From IMG/VR virus record IMGVR_UViG_3300032265_001314, positions 1 to 64,000 of that record: a stretch of DNA of 64,000 nucleotides, one strand, 5' to 3'. This document shows positions 9,312 to 19,152 of the stretch, in pieces (the first letter of the stretch is position 1; each line of letters begins with the position of its first letter). This DNA comes from a virus. The notes below the pieces were generated by a model, which saw only the letters and a list, made by a program, of their open reading frames with translations, was not told the origin of the DNA and did not search any database. The position numbers and the translations under genes were made by a program.

Positions 9312-10981
9312 TTTGTTAACGTGCGATATGTATAATTCATAGTGGCGCTACCGTTATTAAGAGGATTAGTATAGTTTATTATCATAGTATCGACTACAGT
9401 AGTACCTGGAGAAAATCCATATAGATCTATAGCGAATTTAATATTTTCTACTGAAATATCACCTGTATAACCAAAATCGTCGTGTATATGATATATAGGA
9501 GGATTAACACCATCTGTCAAGCTAGTTCCTACATTTAAAGTAATATGTAATACACCAGTCCTAATAGCTCTTCCGCCGATTGTTCCGGGAAACTTATCAA
9601 TGACATAATCTATCTCGTATGTGGCAGAATTAATCGCTGGAAAACGCATAAGAGGAACAGGAACAGTTCCTGTTTCTATTATGTCTACTTGGTAACCAAA
9701 GTCGTCGTATAACATACCAGTAGTTTCTACGTTTGGAACAAACGGATTCAATCCATACTCTGTCTGATTCTTGAGTTTCTTATTCCTCTCAAAATAATCA
9801 TCCGTGCTTTTATTATTAGAAGTAGAAAACTTAATAATAGGATATAATGCGCTAGCATAGGAATTATTGTTATTACCGACTATATAGAATTTATTGGATT
9901 TACTAATGTTACCGTACGATGAAGTCAAACTAGTTCCGGGTTTAATCCAGATACCATATCTGTCGATTTGATCAAAATAATTGTTGTTGATAGAAGCATT
10001 GAGAGATCCAGTGACTCCTCCACCTAATGTTATACCGTCAAACAACTGTGAGAATGTGCAGTTCTCAAACTGTACATAATTTGATTCTGATTCGCTATAA
10101 GCACCATAGCCTGTAGCGTTGAATATACAGAATCTAAAAAGTATATTGTTGTTGCAGAAAACAGGACTATTGCTCCTAAAATAAACACCTGACTGTGTAT
10201 CGTTTGTTAGATATGTTACTGTTACTGTCGGATCTGTACCGTTAGAGTATATGCCAACAAATTTAACATTATCGTAAACGGTAGTATCACTATTGTCAGA
10301 TAATACTATAGAGCGCGGCGTAGTGTTTTGTAATGTCATATTAGATATGGTTATAAATCTAGGCCTCTTGAGGTAATACATATTTCCAAATGCTGTATAG
10401 TTTCCGGGAGTGCTGTTTCCGTCTACTGTCCTAAAGACAACCGCACCACTAGTATCACTGCTGATCTGTTTTATTATAGTGCAATCCATACCTTCACCTG
10501 CTAGATGTGCATAGGGAGGTATCCTTAGTTCTTTTGTAATATTATAAGTTCCAGCTTCAAAATATAAGATCACTTTGCTCTGTACATTGGTTATCGAAGC
10601 TGGGTTAATGAACAGCTGATCTATAGCATTTTGTATAGCATTAGTATCGTCTACAAATCCGTCTCCCTTAGCCCCAAAAGCCCTAACACTTACAATATCA
10701 TCTAGTCTGTCTTGTAAGGTCCTTTGTGTATCAGGAACGATAGAAGTATCATTTTTCTTGTATTGATAGATAGCAGCTAATTCTAATATGTTGTCGTGTT
10801 CTGTGATTACTTTGGTATTACCGACATAAGGAGCGCCTTCAGATACTGCTCCATTTCCTATGTATAATTCTTGTGTATCTATAGCCCAAGCAAATTCGCC
10901 ACTAGCTAACTGCGGCAGCCCTGTACCGCCGCTTGCTTGACCACGCCTTATTTGGATTCTCGAGATTTGGACTACAGCCAT
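9308..10981 (-). CDS. Tail fiber/tailspike with pectate-lyase-like beta-helix
   Basis: N-terminal IQIRRG...LASGEFAWAIDTQELYIG; VSVRAFGAKGDGFVDDTNAIQNAI; Asn-rich beta-helix repeats. Confidence 0.8.
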   Translation of the reverse strand: MAVVQISRIQIRRGQASGGTGLPQLASGEFAWAIDTQELYIGNGAVSEGAPYVGNTKVITEHDNILELAAIYQYKKNDTSIVPDTQRTLQDRLDDIVSVRAFGAKGDGFVDDTNAIQNAIDQLFINPASITNVQSKVILYFEAGTYNITKELRIPPYAHLAGEGMDCTIIKQISSDTSGAVVFRTVDGNSTPGNYTAFGNMYYLKRPRFITISNMTLQNTTPRSIVLSDNSDTTVYDNVKFVGIYSNGTDPTVTVTYLTNDTQSGVYFRSNSPVFCNNNILFRFCIFNATGYGAYSESESNYVQFENCTFSQLFDGITLGGGVTGSLNASINNNYFDQIDRYGIWIKPGTSLTSSYGNISKSNKFYIVGNNNNSYASALYPIIKFSTSNNKSTDDYFERNKKLKNQTEYGLNPFVPNVETTGMLYDDFGYQVDIIETGTVPVPLMRFPAINSATYEIDYVIDKFPGTIGGRAIRTGVLHITLNVGTSLTDGVNPPIYHIHDDFGYTGDISVENIKFAIDLYGFSPGTTVVDTMIINYTNPLNNGSATMNYTYRTLTK

Positions 10982-11032
10982 TATATTACTCCACGAAGTG
11001 TTTCATATATTTAGTTGGTTAGATAGTATTGT

Positions 11033-12280
11033 TTAAGCTTCTATCTTATTGATAATCGCTCTCATAGATTCAGCTGTTGGAACAGCTTGTGCGCCCACTG
11101 TATTGCGATTTAGATGATTACGAGCTGTTTGGGCACCTTTTACTATATTCCCACCTAATACATTTCCAGCAGCTTTATGCTTTGCTAGCGAACTCTTTAT
11201 TACTTTTGCCACTTTGCTCTCAGTTATTTTAGGCGGAGTTTTTGTAGTTATATATTCATATAACAACTGTCCGCCATAAACAATAGCAGCAGTAGCTACT
11301 ATAGGTATACCCCAATTAAAAACAAAATTTGCTATAGATTGTATAGCTTCTTCTGTGACGTGTTCACCTATCCATTTGTTAATTTGTGTAGCAGCATCTC
11401 TAACACTGGCAAATAATCCATTATTAGAACCTGCTGTTAAATTAGTGGCAGCAGCCTGTGCTTGATCAGCAATAGTGGGTTGTTGATATCCGTAGCCCGA
11501 TGGCAACTCTGCATTATTGGCTTTATCCCATAATGCTTGTCCTTGTTGCATATCATCGTAATCAGCTTGAGTTCCTCTATCTATTGGTGGAAGAGCATCA
11601 GGTGGTCTACCGCCCGGTTTAGCTTCTGGACCGTTAATTTGTTTGGCTAAATTTCCAGGAGTTAATTTTCCAAATGCTGTACTAGTTCCTTCGATCCCAC
11701 GACGAACTGAATCAATCGCGTCTTTAGCTCGGCCTGCCCCAATAGTTCCTGTTATTGCACCAGCAGCTCCACCATACCCGGCGCCAGCAAGAGTACCTGC
11801 ACCAGGGACAACTGAACCCAATGATCCGCCAGTGGCAGCTCCTAATGCTCCGCCCATTGTAGCGCCTGCTGCTACACCCTTAGGACCGGCATCACCACCT
11901 ATCATATTTGTTATACCTGCCGAAAGGAAGTTTATAGTGTTAGCAGCAGCCTCTGGATTTTTTAATCCTAAATATCCTAGAATAGATGTTATAGGATTAA
12001 ATGCACACCAAATCATAAATGATACTGCACTTTTAACAATAAACCCAGGCACTCCTACTAACATTGAAACAGTGGCAGATGCTAGTTTCTTAATCCCACC
12101 CCATATAAAATCACCGGCTTCGCCTAATATCTTTTTAAGACCATCCCATAGAGAAGAAAGTCCAAAATCCTCCATTAACATAGATTCAGTTATTGGCTGT
12201 GTATAAACAGTAGAGAGGAGCTGAGTCTTATAACTCTGGCTCCCCTCTACTAGATTGATGTAGTGTCTTATTGGATACAT
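11033..12280 (-). CDS. Putative internal virion/ejection protein with glycine zipper and TM segments
   Basis: GATMGGALGAATGGSLGSVVPGAGTLAGAGYGGAAGAITG; hydrophobic helices; LVE/ITE/LME sites; TAAATA 4 nt upstream. Confidence 0.55.
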   Translation of the reverse strand: MYPIRHYINLVEGSQSYKTQLLSTVYTQPITESMLMEDFGLSSLWDGLKKILGEAGDFIWGGIKKLASATVSMLVGVPGFIVKSAVSFMIWCAFNPITSILGYLGLKNPEAAANTINFLSAGITNMIGGDAGPKGVAAGATMGGALGAATGGSLGSVVPGAGTLAGAGYGGAAGAITGTIGAGRAKDAIDSVRRGIEGTSTAFGKLTPGNLAKQINGPEAKPGGRPPDALPPIDRGTQADYDDMQQGQALWDKANNAELPSGYGYQQPTIADQAQAAATNLTAGSNNGLFASVRDAATQINKWIGEHVTEEAIQSIANFVFNWGIPIVATAAIVYGGQLLYEYITTKTPPKITESKVAKVIKSSLAKHKAAGNVLGGNIVKGAQTARNHLNRNTVGAQAVPTAESMRAIINKIEA

Positions 12281-12287
12281 CATATAT

Positions 12288-12965
12288 TTAGTTGCTTAGA
12301 TAGTATTGTTCTACCCTCTTCCACCATTCGTTCTTCCAATGATCGTATTCGTCTGGCCATAGATCAAACTGTTGATATTGGAAATCTTGGCTACACATAA
12401 AGATATGTCCTTCACGGATATCTGTACCATGTACTTCATTGTGCGCTTCAACATAAGCTACTAGCTGTAGATAGTAATCTTCAACCCATTCCTTCTTCTT
12501 AGGCTTGTTAGTCTGCTTGTAATCCATTATGCAATGATTACCTTTATACACGCCAACTAGATCAGTAGTGCCTGCATATATCTTAGGAAAGAAAAGATTT
12601 ACTTCTTGTCCCCAAGCTTCTTCTAGATCAACTAAAGCTTTAGCTTGTATCTGTTCAGCCATTTTGCGGGCTTGTATAGAATAGGGATTCGTACCTGCGT
12701 CGGGCATAATCCCAGTTTCTATATAGACTTCAAGGAACTTGTGCATACGTGTTCCTCGCCCAGCAGCTTCGGTAGTTATCTCTTGTGCTTTTGCTTCACC
12801 AACACGCTTGCGCCATTCGATGAGATGCGTTTTGTCCTTAGTACGATCTAGGATCGTAGTAACACTGGCTACTGCATTACCGTCTGGACACTCGTATAGC
12901 CTACGTCCTTCGACTGATTTCCGTTTTATAGAAGCGTAATCAAACTTCTTTTTGATAAATGTCAT
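12288..12965 (-). CDS. PD-(D/E)XK exonuclease (Cas4/MGME1-like phage exonuclease)
   Basis: SVTTIL, GRGTRMHK, YAGTTDLV, IMDYKQT, QLVAY. Confidence 0.88.
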   Translation of the reverse strand: MTFIKKKFDYASIKRKSVEGRRLYECPDGNAVASVTTILDRTKDKTHLIEWRKRVGEAKAQEITTEAAGRGTRMHKFLEVYIETGIMPDAGTNPYSIQARKMAEQIQAKALVDLEEAWGQEVNLFFPKIYAGTTDLVGVYKGNHCIMDYKQTNKPKKKEWVEDYYLQLVAYVEAHNEVHGTDIREGHIFMCSQDFQYQQFDLWPDEYDHWKNEWWKRVEQYYLSN

Positions 12966-13216
12966 TTAGTCTTTTGGCCTAGATCGTAGGGCCTAGGCGG
13001 CGGAAGTGGGATTGATTCTATCTGTCGATTAGTAGTCTCATAAGTCGGAGACGGAAGATAATTCCTGTCCTTTGGAACTTCTAAGCGAGGACGTTCTACA
13101 TAATCACCAGATATGGTTCTTTCATCTACTACTAGGACAGGAACTGTCCTAGTAGCATTAGAGCAACCTGCTACCAACGACGATAGCAATGTGCAGGCAA
13201 GTATCGACTTTTTCAT
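12962..13216 (-). CDS. Small proline-rich lipoprotein
   Basis: MKKSILACTLLSSLVAG-C lipobox; ATGA overlap with the upstream gene. Confidence 0.65.
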   Translation of the reverse strand: MKKSILACTLLSSLVAGCSNATRTVPVLVVDERTISGDYVERPRLEVPKDRNYLPSPTYETTNRQIESIPLPPPRPYDLGQKTK

Positions 13217-13506
13217 ACTGCCCGCACCAGCTTTAGATTGACATATCGCTCTTTGAGGAGTAGATAGCGCTTCTCTTCCTTTGATTGATAAAAGGCGTAA
13301 ACGCCTACTAGTGTCAATATCCATAAGAAATTCAAAGCACAGGTATAGATAGTATTCAGCAATGTGCTCGAAAACATAAAGATACCGATTGAGCTAGTCA
13401 CGATTACCAGTAAATGGAAGCAGCTAGAAAAGAAATGCTTGTAGTAGTTATTGCCGATTCCGTTATCGGATAAATCTAGTTCCAAAAGGTCCGTATCTGT
13501 ATTCAT
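13213..13506 (-). CDS. Two-TM membrane protein
   Basis: Two hydrophobic stretches; GGAG SD; sigma70-like promoter upstream. Confidence 0.6.
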   Translation of the reverse strand: MNTDTDLLELDLSDNGIGNNYYKHFFSSCFHLLVIVTSSIGIFMFSSTLLNTIYTCALNFLWILTLVGVYAFYQSKEEKRYLLLKERYVNLKLVRAV

Positions 13507-13557
13507 ATTTTTTATGCTCCTGTTATTTTAACAGAATAACATATATTTTTACGAAAG

Positions 13558-13905
13558 TCAACCTTGACGTTTCTTAGCAGCATTCTTAGCCATTTTGGCA
13601 ATGTTAGCTTTTCTCTTGTCTGGAGTAGTAGGTGCGGCTTTCTTAGCTGCCTTAGCTTCGGTATTTAATTCTATACCTTCACCGCTATAGCTACGGACCA
13701 CGGTCTTCCACATATCGGGATCCTGATTATATATAGCATTAAAACTATTATAATCTATCTGAGGCGTACCTGAGCCCTTCATATCTGCATTTAGTTGATC
13801 CCAAGTAAACTTTGCAGGTAATCCTGCATGATTATACTTGGCTATGGTATTCCTAAACAGAAGGACGAGGTCGGTGCCTGTGCTATCGACCTCGTATATT
13901 TTCAT
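13558..13905 (-). CDS. Hypothetical (putative head-associated) protein
   Basis: N-terminus MKIYEV; basic C-terminus; coupled to the upstream gene. Confidence 0.6.
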   Translation of the reverse strand: MKIYEVDSTGTDLVLLFRNTIAKYNHAGLPAKFTWDQLNADMKGSGTPQIDYNSFNAIYNQDPDMWKTVVRSYSGEGIELNTEAKAAKKAAPTTPDKRKANIAKMAKNAAKKRQG

Positions 13906-16112
13906 CTTCCTGAAAGGATCCTTGCGATCCTGCGTGTGCGATCAACACTCTCACGCTTTGCTCTTCCGCCTGCTGGAGTCTCTTCTTCGTCTTCTGCTGC
14001 TCCACCTGGTCCGGCAGATCCTGGAGCAGGTCCATTAGCAGTTAAAGGAGGCATACCGCCTGGTGCGCCTGGCATACCGCCTGGGCCTGCAGGCATTCCT
14101 GGCATACCGCCCATTGCTGCACCACCTTCACCGGTAATTACACCAACGATGCTGTTTAGAGCTTCACGTGCTGCCTTAACTGCTTGGAAAGCACTGTCTA
14201 GTGCTGGGCCTGCGACTTGGGTAAACTGTGCAGCTACATCGCTACCTAGCTCATCACGGATGCTATCTGCCATTTCCATTGCTGTATTAGCCTGCATCTG
14301 TGCGATATCTTCTGACCAACCAGTAAACTTATCAACCATGTCCTTGACAGCCATGATCACTTCAGCCTTGCCTTCTTCACCCTCACGTAGATAAAAACGG
14401 ATTGACTCTTTAAGCATACGGTCGACTTGTTCAGTCTTGTTCTTTTCCTTAGCTGCTGTTATAATATCACCGCGTGTAATCTTATCCTTTGGTGGATACT
14501 TAGCAGCTAGTTTCTTTTGTTTAGGAGTCATTTTCTTACCTTCCGTTGTCTCTTCTTCTATTTCCTCTTCTAGATCAAATTTTGCAGTATCTAGCTTATG
14601 TGCTGCTCTTCCAGCTAGATTGCCTCCAAGCATAGAACCGCCAACTCCGCCGAGGATACCGCCCAATTCTGGAGCGCCAAAAGCGCCGCCTACAGCAGCA
14701 CCTAATGGTTGGCCTAGGCTATACCCGCCATAACCGCCTGCTAGTCCTGCACCTAATTTTCCAAGTGAGCTTATGTTATGATCACCACCGATAGTCATCT
14801 CATCAACTGCTTGCGGAACACCATTCCTATGGCCATGATGGCTAAAATATGGTTTACCTGTTCCTTCGTGCCATAGCTTACCGCCGCACTCTTCACAATT
14901 TTGCTTATGGTGTTCACAATGCTTTAGGTTGCCCATCTTATGATGCTTGCTGTATTCCATAGCGTGATGCATAGCAAGCTCACACATTGAGTTGTCGCTT
15001 TCTGTTAGGCGTGATTTACCTATATTTGAAGTTTCACCTAATGCCCCGGGCGGAGCATCTTGATATAAACTGGGAGAACCTCCTTGTGGTACAGCAGCAG
15101 CGCCTGCAGCAGCAGCACCGCCTGGTAATAGTCCCTTGCCATAGCTTAGTGCATCACCTGCCATGCCTTTTAGGCCACTAAGTGCAGATTGTCCGACGCC
15201 TTGCAATGCTCCTAATGCTGCTGGATTATTGTAAAGATAACCAGCACCTAATCCCAATCCTGCCAATCCTGCTGCAGGTAGCAGATACTTACCAATGCCT
15301 TCGTCGATGCAGTGTGGCTCGCCACCTTCTAGCATCGGGTGGCTATGCCAGCATTCACCCATGTCACCGTGCCAAACTTGTCCGCCGCATTCAGAACAGC
15401 TCTGCTTGTGATGATGTGCTGCTTCTAGATCGCCACCATGATGATGTGTGCGATACATAATAGCATGATGCAGAGCCCTGGTTCCCATATCGGTACTTTC
15501 ACCGAGATCATCTCCTACTTTGCTACCTAATAGATAACCACCAATACCGCCGGGCCAGCCACCCATCAGCGCACCAAGTCCACCACCTAGCAAGCCGCCC
15601 CAGATACCTTCTGCGACGATGCTTTCGTTCATCTTCTTTTTCTTATCTTTTAGAGCCTTCTTCATTGGCTCTTTCTTGTTTCCGTCCTTGTCAAAATCAA
15701 GGAAATCTGGCTTAGCAGATTCATCGTACTTATTATACTTGTCACGTACCTTGTCTAGGTTTTTGCCGTCCTTACCAGCTTTGGCTAGCGCCTTCATTCC
15801 GTCCTTGCCATACTTCATCATGCCTTTAGCAGCACGACTCATTTTCTTTTCTTTGGCTTCACTAAACACTTCCTGCATACGCTTATCGAGCACATCCTTC
15901 ATTAGCTTTAGCTTGAAGAATTCTTCACTCTCAAGTGCTGAGTTGAAGTTTGCCATTTTAAATTGATTTATTTTATTTTCTATTAGTTTCGAAGCTCTAA
16001 TCAATTCCTGATCATTGAAGCTCTTGATATCAATCTTGCCACCAAATTTCTTTTGAAGAGATTCATTTAAGTGGTCTGATGAAACGTTAATACGGAAGTC
16101 GCTGGTTTTCAT
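13902..16112 (-). CDS. Putative modular head-core/internal polyprotein (736 aa)
   Basis: Start MKTSDF after TAAATA; modules bounded by hydrophobic-x-E; EF-hand-like DFDKDGNKKE; 3 Gly zippers; 2 His/Cys repeats; helical C-terminal domain. Confidence 0.65.
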   Translation of the reverse strand: MKTSDFRINVSSDHLNESLQKKFGGKIDIKSFNDQELIRASKLIENKINQFKMANFNSALESEEFFKLKLMKDVLDKRMQEVFSEAKEKKMSRAAKGMMKYGKDGMKALAKAGKDGKNLDKVRDKYNKYDESAKPDFLDFDKDGNKKEPMKKALKDKKKKMNESIVAEGIWGGLLGGGLGALMGGWPGGIGGYLLGSKVGDDLGESTDMGTRALHHAIMYRTHHHGGDLEAAHHHKQSCSECGGQVWHGDMGECWHSHPMLEGGEPHCIDEGIGKYLLPAAGLAGLGLGAGYLYNNPAALGALQGVGQSALSGLKGMAGDALSYGKGLLPGGAAAAGAAAVPQGGSPSLYQDAPPGALGETSNIGKSRLTESDNSMCELAMHHAMEYSKHHKMGNLKHCEHHKQNCEECGGKLWHEGTGKPYFSHHGHRNGVPQAVDEMTIGGDHNISSLGKLGAGLAGGYGGYSLGQPLGAAVGGAFGAPELGGILGGVGGSMLGGNLAGRAAHKLDTAKFDLEEEIEEETTEGKKMTPKQKKLAAKYPPKDKITRGDIITAAKEKNKTEQVDRMLKESIRFYLREGEEGKAEVIMAVKDMVDKFTGWSEDIAQMQANTAMEMADSIRDELGSDVAAQFTQVAGPALDSAFQAVKAAREALNSIVGVITGEGGAAMGGMPGMPAGPGGMPGAPGGMPPLTANGPAPGSAGPGGAAEDEEETPAGGRAKRESVDRTRRIARILSGR

Positions 16113-16158
16113 AGTTATAATCCTATAGATGTATGTCTTAAAGTTATTTATTCCGTAT

Positions 16159-16593
16159 TTAGAATATTTTAGAATAAGACGATTGTAGTATTTCCTTAGC
16201 GTCCTGATAAAGACTATAATCTCTATCAAATCTAAAAGACATTAAGTTCTTTTTCATTGTATCGTTATTATTTATCGCTTGCTCTAGATGATAGTTATAA
16301 ATTGTCAGATTGTTATTCATAGTAAATGCCGTGCGGTCAGCACTAACGATAGGTAATATATCAGCAGACTTGGCTTTTCTCATCATAAGTCCTGCTATAG
16401 TCATAGCAGAACTCTTGCTGTAAGTAGTATAATACGTAGTTGTATTGAGCCTGACTTCAAATTTACCCTCGACGGGCACGACGGTATAGTCACCAATCTT
16501 TATACCACTCCTTGTCAGGACTGTTTTTAGTGTCTTAGTAGTGATAGTGTTTAGCTTACGGGCTAGTTCTTTTCTCTCTAGTGACGTACTCAT
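16159..16593 (-). CDS. Hypothetical protein
   Basis: ORF in a tightly packed late cluster. Confidence 0.65.
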   Translation of the reverse strand: MSTSLERKELARKLNTITTKTLKTVLTRSGIKIGDYTVVPVEGKFEVRLNTTTYYTTYSKSSAMTIAGLMMRKAKSADILPIVSADRTAFTMNNNLTIYNYHLEQAINNNDTMKKNLMSFRFDRDYSLYQDAKEILQSSYSKIF

Positions 16594-16783
16594 TTGTTGC
16601 TACCTCATGATCACTTATTTTATACAAAACATCCTTAAAGAGCAAGTTTTCTACGACCCTGCGTTCTCTTTCGTGCAAGGTCTTTAGATCTATCCTGTGT
16701 TCATTGTGGGTGTTTAAAAAATCCGTTTCTTCGTTGGTTAGCGCGATGAGGATCCTGGGTTCATATAGCTCTCTAATCCTCAT
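16556..16783 (-). CDS. Hypothetical protein
   Basis: N-terminus MRIRELYE. Confidence 0.6.
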   Translation of the reverse strand: MRIRELYEPRILIALTNEETDFLNTHNEHRIDLKTLHERERRVVENLLFKDVLYKISDHEVATNEYVTREKRTSP

Positions 16784-16784
16784 C

Positions 16785-17129
16785 TTATTGTCCCTGTTGT
16801 TGACTGAGCATTTTCATCAGCTCATCTTTATCTACTGTTACGTCTTGTCCAAATTTGGCTGCGGTATCTAATACCACTTTATTGCCTTGATCCATTTTAA
16901 TCCTCACGGGACCAAACTTTGGATGGTTGATTGTTTTTCCAGCTTTTAGTTGATTATACTGCTGCTGTTGTTCTTGTTGTGGTGAAACCGCAGCACTGCT
17001 AGATCCCTTTAGCGCACCTGCTTGTGCATTAGATCCTGGTGCTTCTGTCGCGATAGCTTGTGGAGCTGCTTTAGGTTGGCTGCTAGTAGCGGCACTTAGA
17101 GTAGGCGGGCTGAATTCAAATAATCGCAT
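16785..17129 (-). CDS. Hypothetical protein with small C-terminal beta domain
   Basis: N-terminus MRLFEF; TAAATA and GAGG upstream; INHPKFGPVRI. Confidence 0.6.
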   Translation of the reverse strand: MRLFEFSPPTLSAATSSQPKAAPQAIATEAPGSNAQAGALKGSSSAAVSPQQEQQQQYNQLKAGKTINHPKFGPVRIKMDQGNKVVLDTAAKFGQDVTVDKDELMKMLSQQQGQ

Positions 17130-17149
17130 GGGATATCCTCACGCAATAT

Positions 17150-17392
17150 TTAGTGTACTTTCATTAGTAGAACAATAATGGTGGAAAACAATCCGGCTAT
17201 AATAGTTCCTGTAGAACCTATTATTACCTTAGCGAGTGAACTCTTGCTTTCGTTCATACCATTAAAGATCTCGCCGACCTTCTTTTCAATATTCTCTAAT
17301 CTCTTCTCCATTGTTTCGTAGCGTTGTTGACATAACTCAACGTGGAGTGCGAGATTTTCGTGTTCTAATTGTGATGCAGGGCGTCTAGCCAT
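17150..17392 (-). CDS. Coiled-coil plus C-terminal TM protein (holin/XhlA-like topology)
   Basis: HVELCQQRY...RLENIEKKV coiled coil followed by one TM helix. Confidence 0.55.
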   Translation of the reverse strand: MARRPASQLEHENLALHVELCQQRYETMEKRLENIEKKVGEIFNGMNESKSSLAKVIIGSTGTIIAGLFSTIIVLLMKVH

Positions 17393-17479
17393 TCGTTATT
17401 TCTCCTAGCAACTTTATTTCTCTGGTTGCTGCCTTTTTCAAAGCCTATCGAACGCCTATTAAGTGTTTGCCTACTAGTT

Positions 17480-17881
17480 TTATTTATCAATTAACATAAA
17501 CATAGTATTAGTGGGTTTTATTGCAGTCGAGAAATAATTCTGTTTGAACTTGGCAGTTTCTGTGCAGTCGGGATTAAAAGGTACGAAATCAACATCCCTT
17601 ATCATAGCGCCCACGGGGTCGTCATTTAACAAGAAGATATCATCTTGTTCTGTGCTAAATTCCCATATCCAAGTGCGTTCTCTCTTTCCGTATCCCTGTT
17701 TCGACCAGTCTATCATATCCTGTTTTGGAGGATCATCGGTGAATATATTTGCCCGCATTTCTAGTGTCTGTAGGAGAGTTTGGTAGTTATCCTGCTGTCT
17801 CTTTTTGAGGGGATCTATATGTTCTTTTTGTATTCCCGTCTTGGTGATATCGACGAGGGTTAGTACTCGGAAGTATTGCAT
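17480..17881 (-). CDS. Hypothetical protein
   Basis: TLVDITKTG...QQDNYQTLLQTL; TAAATT 5 nt upstream of ATG. Confidence 0.65.
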   Translation of the reverse strand: MQYFRVLTLVDITKTGIQKEHIDPLKKRQQDNYQTLLQTLEMRANIFTDDPPKQDMIDWSKQGYGKRERTWIWEFSTEQDDIFLLNDDPVGAMIRDVDFVPFNPDCTETAKFKQNYFSTAIKPTNTMFMLIDK

Positions 17882-17898
17882 ACATTAATTTAGCCAAT

Positions 17899-17927
17899 AA
17901 AAAAGGGCAGTTATAAAAACTGCCCTT
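17899..17927 (-). terminator. Rho-independent terminator
   Basis: AAGGGCAGTT-ataaa-AACTGCCCTT with a flanking A-run. Confidence 0.8.
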
Positions 17928-17948
17928 AGTTTATCTATATAAAATCTA

Positions 17949-18380
17949 TTAAGCGAAGCTGCAAGTACCACCAGCCCAAGTGCCAGTAGTGATAGTTACT
18001 GCGCCTGAACTCCATGAACCTAGTGCCTGTAGGATGTTTAGTTCTGCGTCACCCCAACCACCGTTTACGTTAGTACCAGTATCGCTGTCTTGTGCAGTGT
18101 CATCGCTAACGATAGCAACAAAAGCAGTTGAGCTTGGTGCAAATACTGCATAAACTTCTGCGTAGCCCTGTAGAGTATTAACTACTAGAGCATAGTTGCT
18201 GCTGCCTGTTGATGATGCAATGCTGTCATTGTAACCAACTGTTAGATCTGGTGTTGAACCACCGCTTACAGTTACCTTGATGAAACGAAGAACGCGAGTA
18301 CCAAACTGAGTTGATGCACTGATCCTCTTGTAGTTAGAAGCTACTGTAGTAGCTGTTAAATCTGAATATGTATTAGCCAT
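17949..18380 (-). CDS. Probable abundant structural (capsid decoration-like) protein
   Basis: Ala/Thr/Ser/Gly-rich; strong SD; own terminator. Confidence 0.5.
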   Translation of the reverse strand: MANTYSDLTATTVASNYKRISASTQFGTRVLRFIKVTVSGGSTPDLTVGYNDSIASSTGSSNYALVVNTLQGYAEVYAVFAPSSTAFVAIVSDDTAQDSDTGTNVNGGWGDAELNILQALGSWSSGAVTITTGTWAGGTCSFA

Positions 18381-18425
18381 ATTTTTTTCTCCAAAATGTT
18401 CACAGTCGGAATGACTGCGTTAAAT

Positions 18426-18710
18426 TTATTTATCATCGAGAAGAGATAATCTAGTTACAGAACGCTTGTTTTCGCTTATTTTCCTTATGCCTCTGCGGAA
18501 CTTATCAGGATCGGCACCACGTATGCTGTTTAGTAAACGACGCTCGAGGTCTAGGGCTGTTTCTTCGTCGAAGTTTTCTCTAACCATTTCTAGTATGTTG
18601 ATAGCGCCAGTGATAACATTAAGTGCTCTGCTTTCTATAACTAGTTCTATATCTTTTTTAGTAGAAAAAGAATTTAGTTCCTGCAATATCGATTTGGTCT
18701 GTCGTTTCAT
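18426..18710 (-). CDS. Hypothetical protein
   Basis: TAAATA and GAGG upstream; ERRLLNSIRGADPDKFRRGI. Confidence 0.65.
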   Translation of the reverse strand: MKRQTKSILQELNSFSTKKDIELVIESRALNVITGAINILEMVRENFDEETALDLERRLLNSIRGADPDKFRRGIRKISENKRSVTRLSLLDDK

Positions 18711-18824
18711 TTTTTACCTCTAATGTATTTAATCCATATGACCAAATGAATTAAAAGATATTTTTGTTGACTAAATAAACTGCTACTGTTATAGTAGTAA
18801 AGTCACACACACACAGAAAAGGAG

Positions 18825-19106
18825 ATGATGATGACAGATATGTTTGAAATGCCCAAGGCACCAGAAGTCAAGTTTAATAAGAATGGTTATGAGATCCGTA
18901 CTGATATTTTGAAGATGGCTAAGGATCTTGTCGCTGAAGATTATCATGCCAAGTGGCATGGTTGGGAAGTTTCAGTCGATCGCAATGAGAAGACTGGACA
19001 GGTAATTACTACAGTCGGAATGCCACAATTTCCAGGGCTTGATAAGGTCCTAGAAACCGCCGAAAAAATGTATAGTTTTGTTAATGCCGGCGGAACGAAG
19101 AAGTAA
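18825..19106 (+). CDS. Conserved phage hypothetical protein
   Basis: Promoter TTGACT-17-TATAGT (18767-18795), AAGGAG SD and its own terminator. Confidence 0.75.
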   Translation: MMMTDMFEMPKAPEVKFNKNGYEIRTDILKMAKDLVAEDYHAKWHGWEVSVDRNEKTGQVITTVGMPQFPGLDKVLETAEKMYSFVNAGGTKK

Positions 19107-19152
19107 AAATAATATATTGATTAGCGCATAGCGCATTATGTTTTGTAAACAG

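Noticed and set aside
12288-12965. CRISPR-Cas locus suggested by the Cas4-like nuclease
   Set aside because: No repeat-spacer array or other cas genes seen; this is a common stand-alone phage exonuclease
12962-13506. i-spanin/o-spanin pair
   Set aside because: The lipoprotein fits, but the partner has two TM segments and lacks a long periplasmic coiled coil, and the pair follows a sigma70-like promoter
16113-16229. N-terminal extension of the 775-aa ORF
   Set aside because: It overlaps the upstream gene and contains the TAAATA promoter; the likely start is the ATG at 16112
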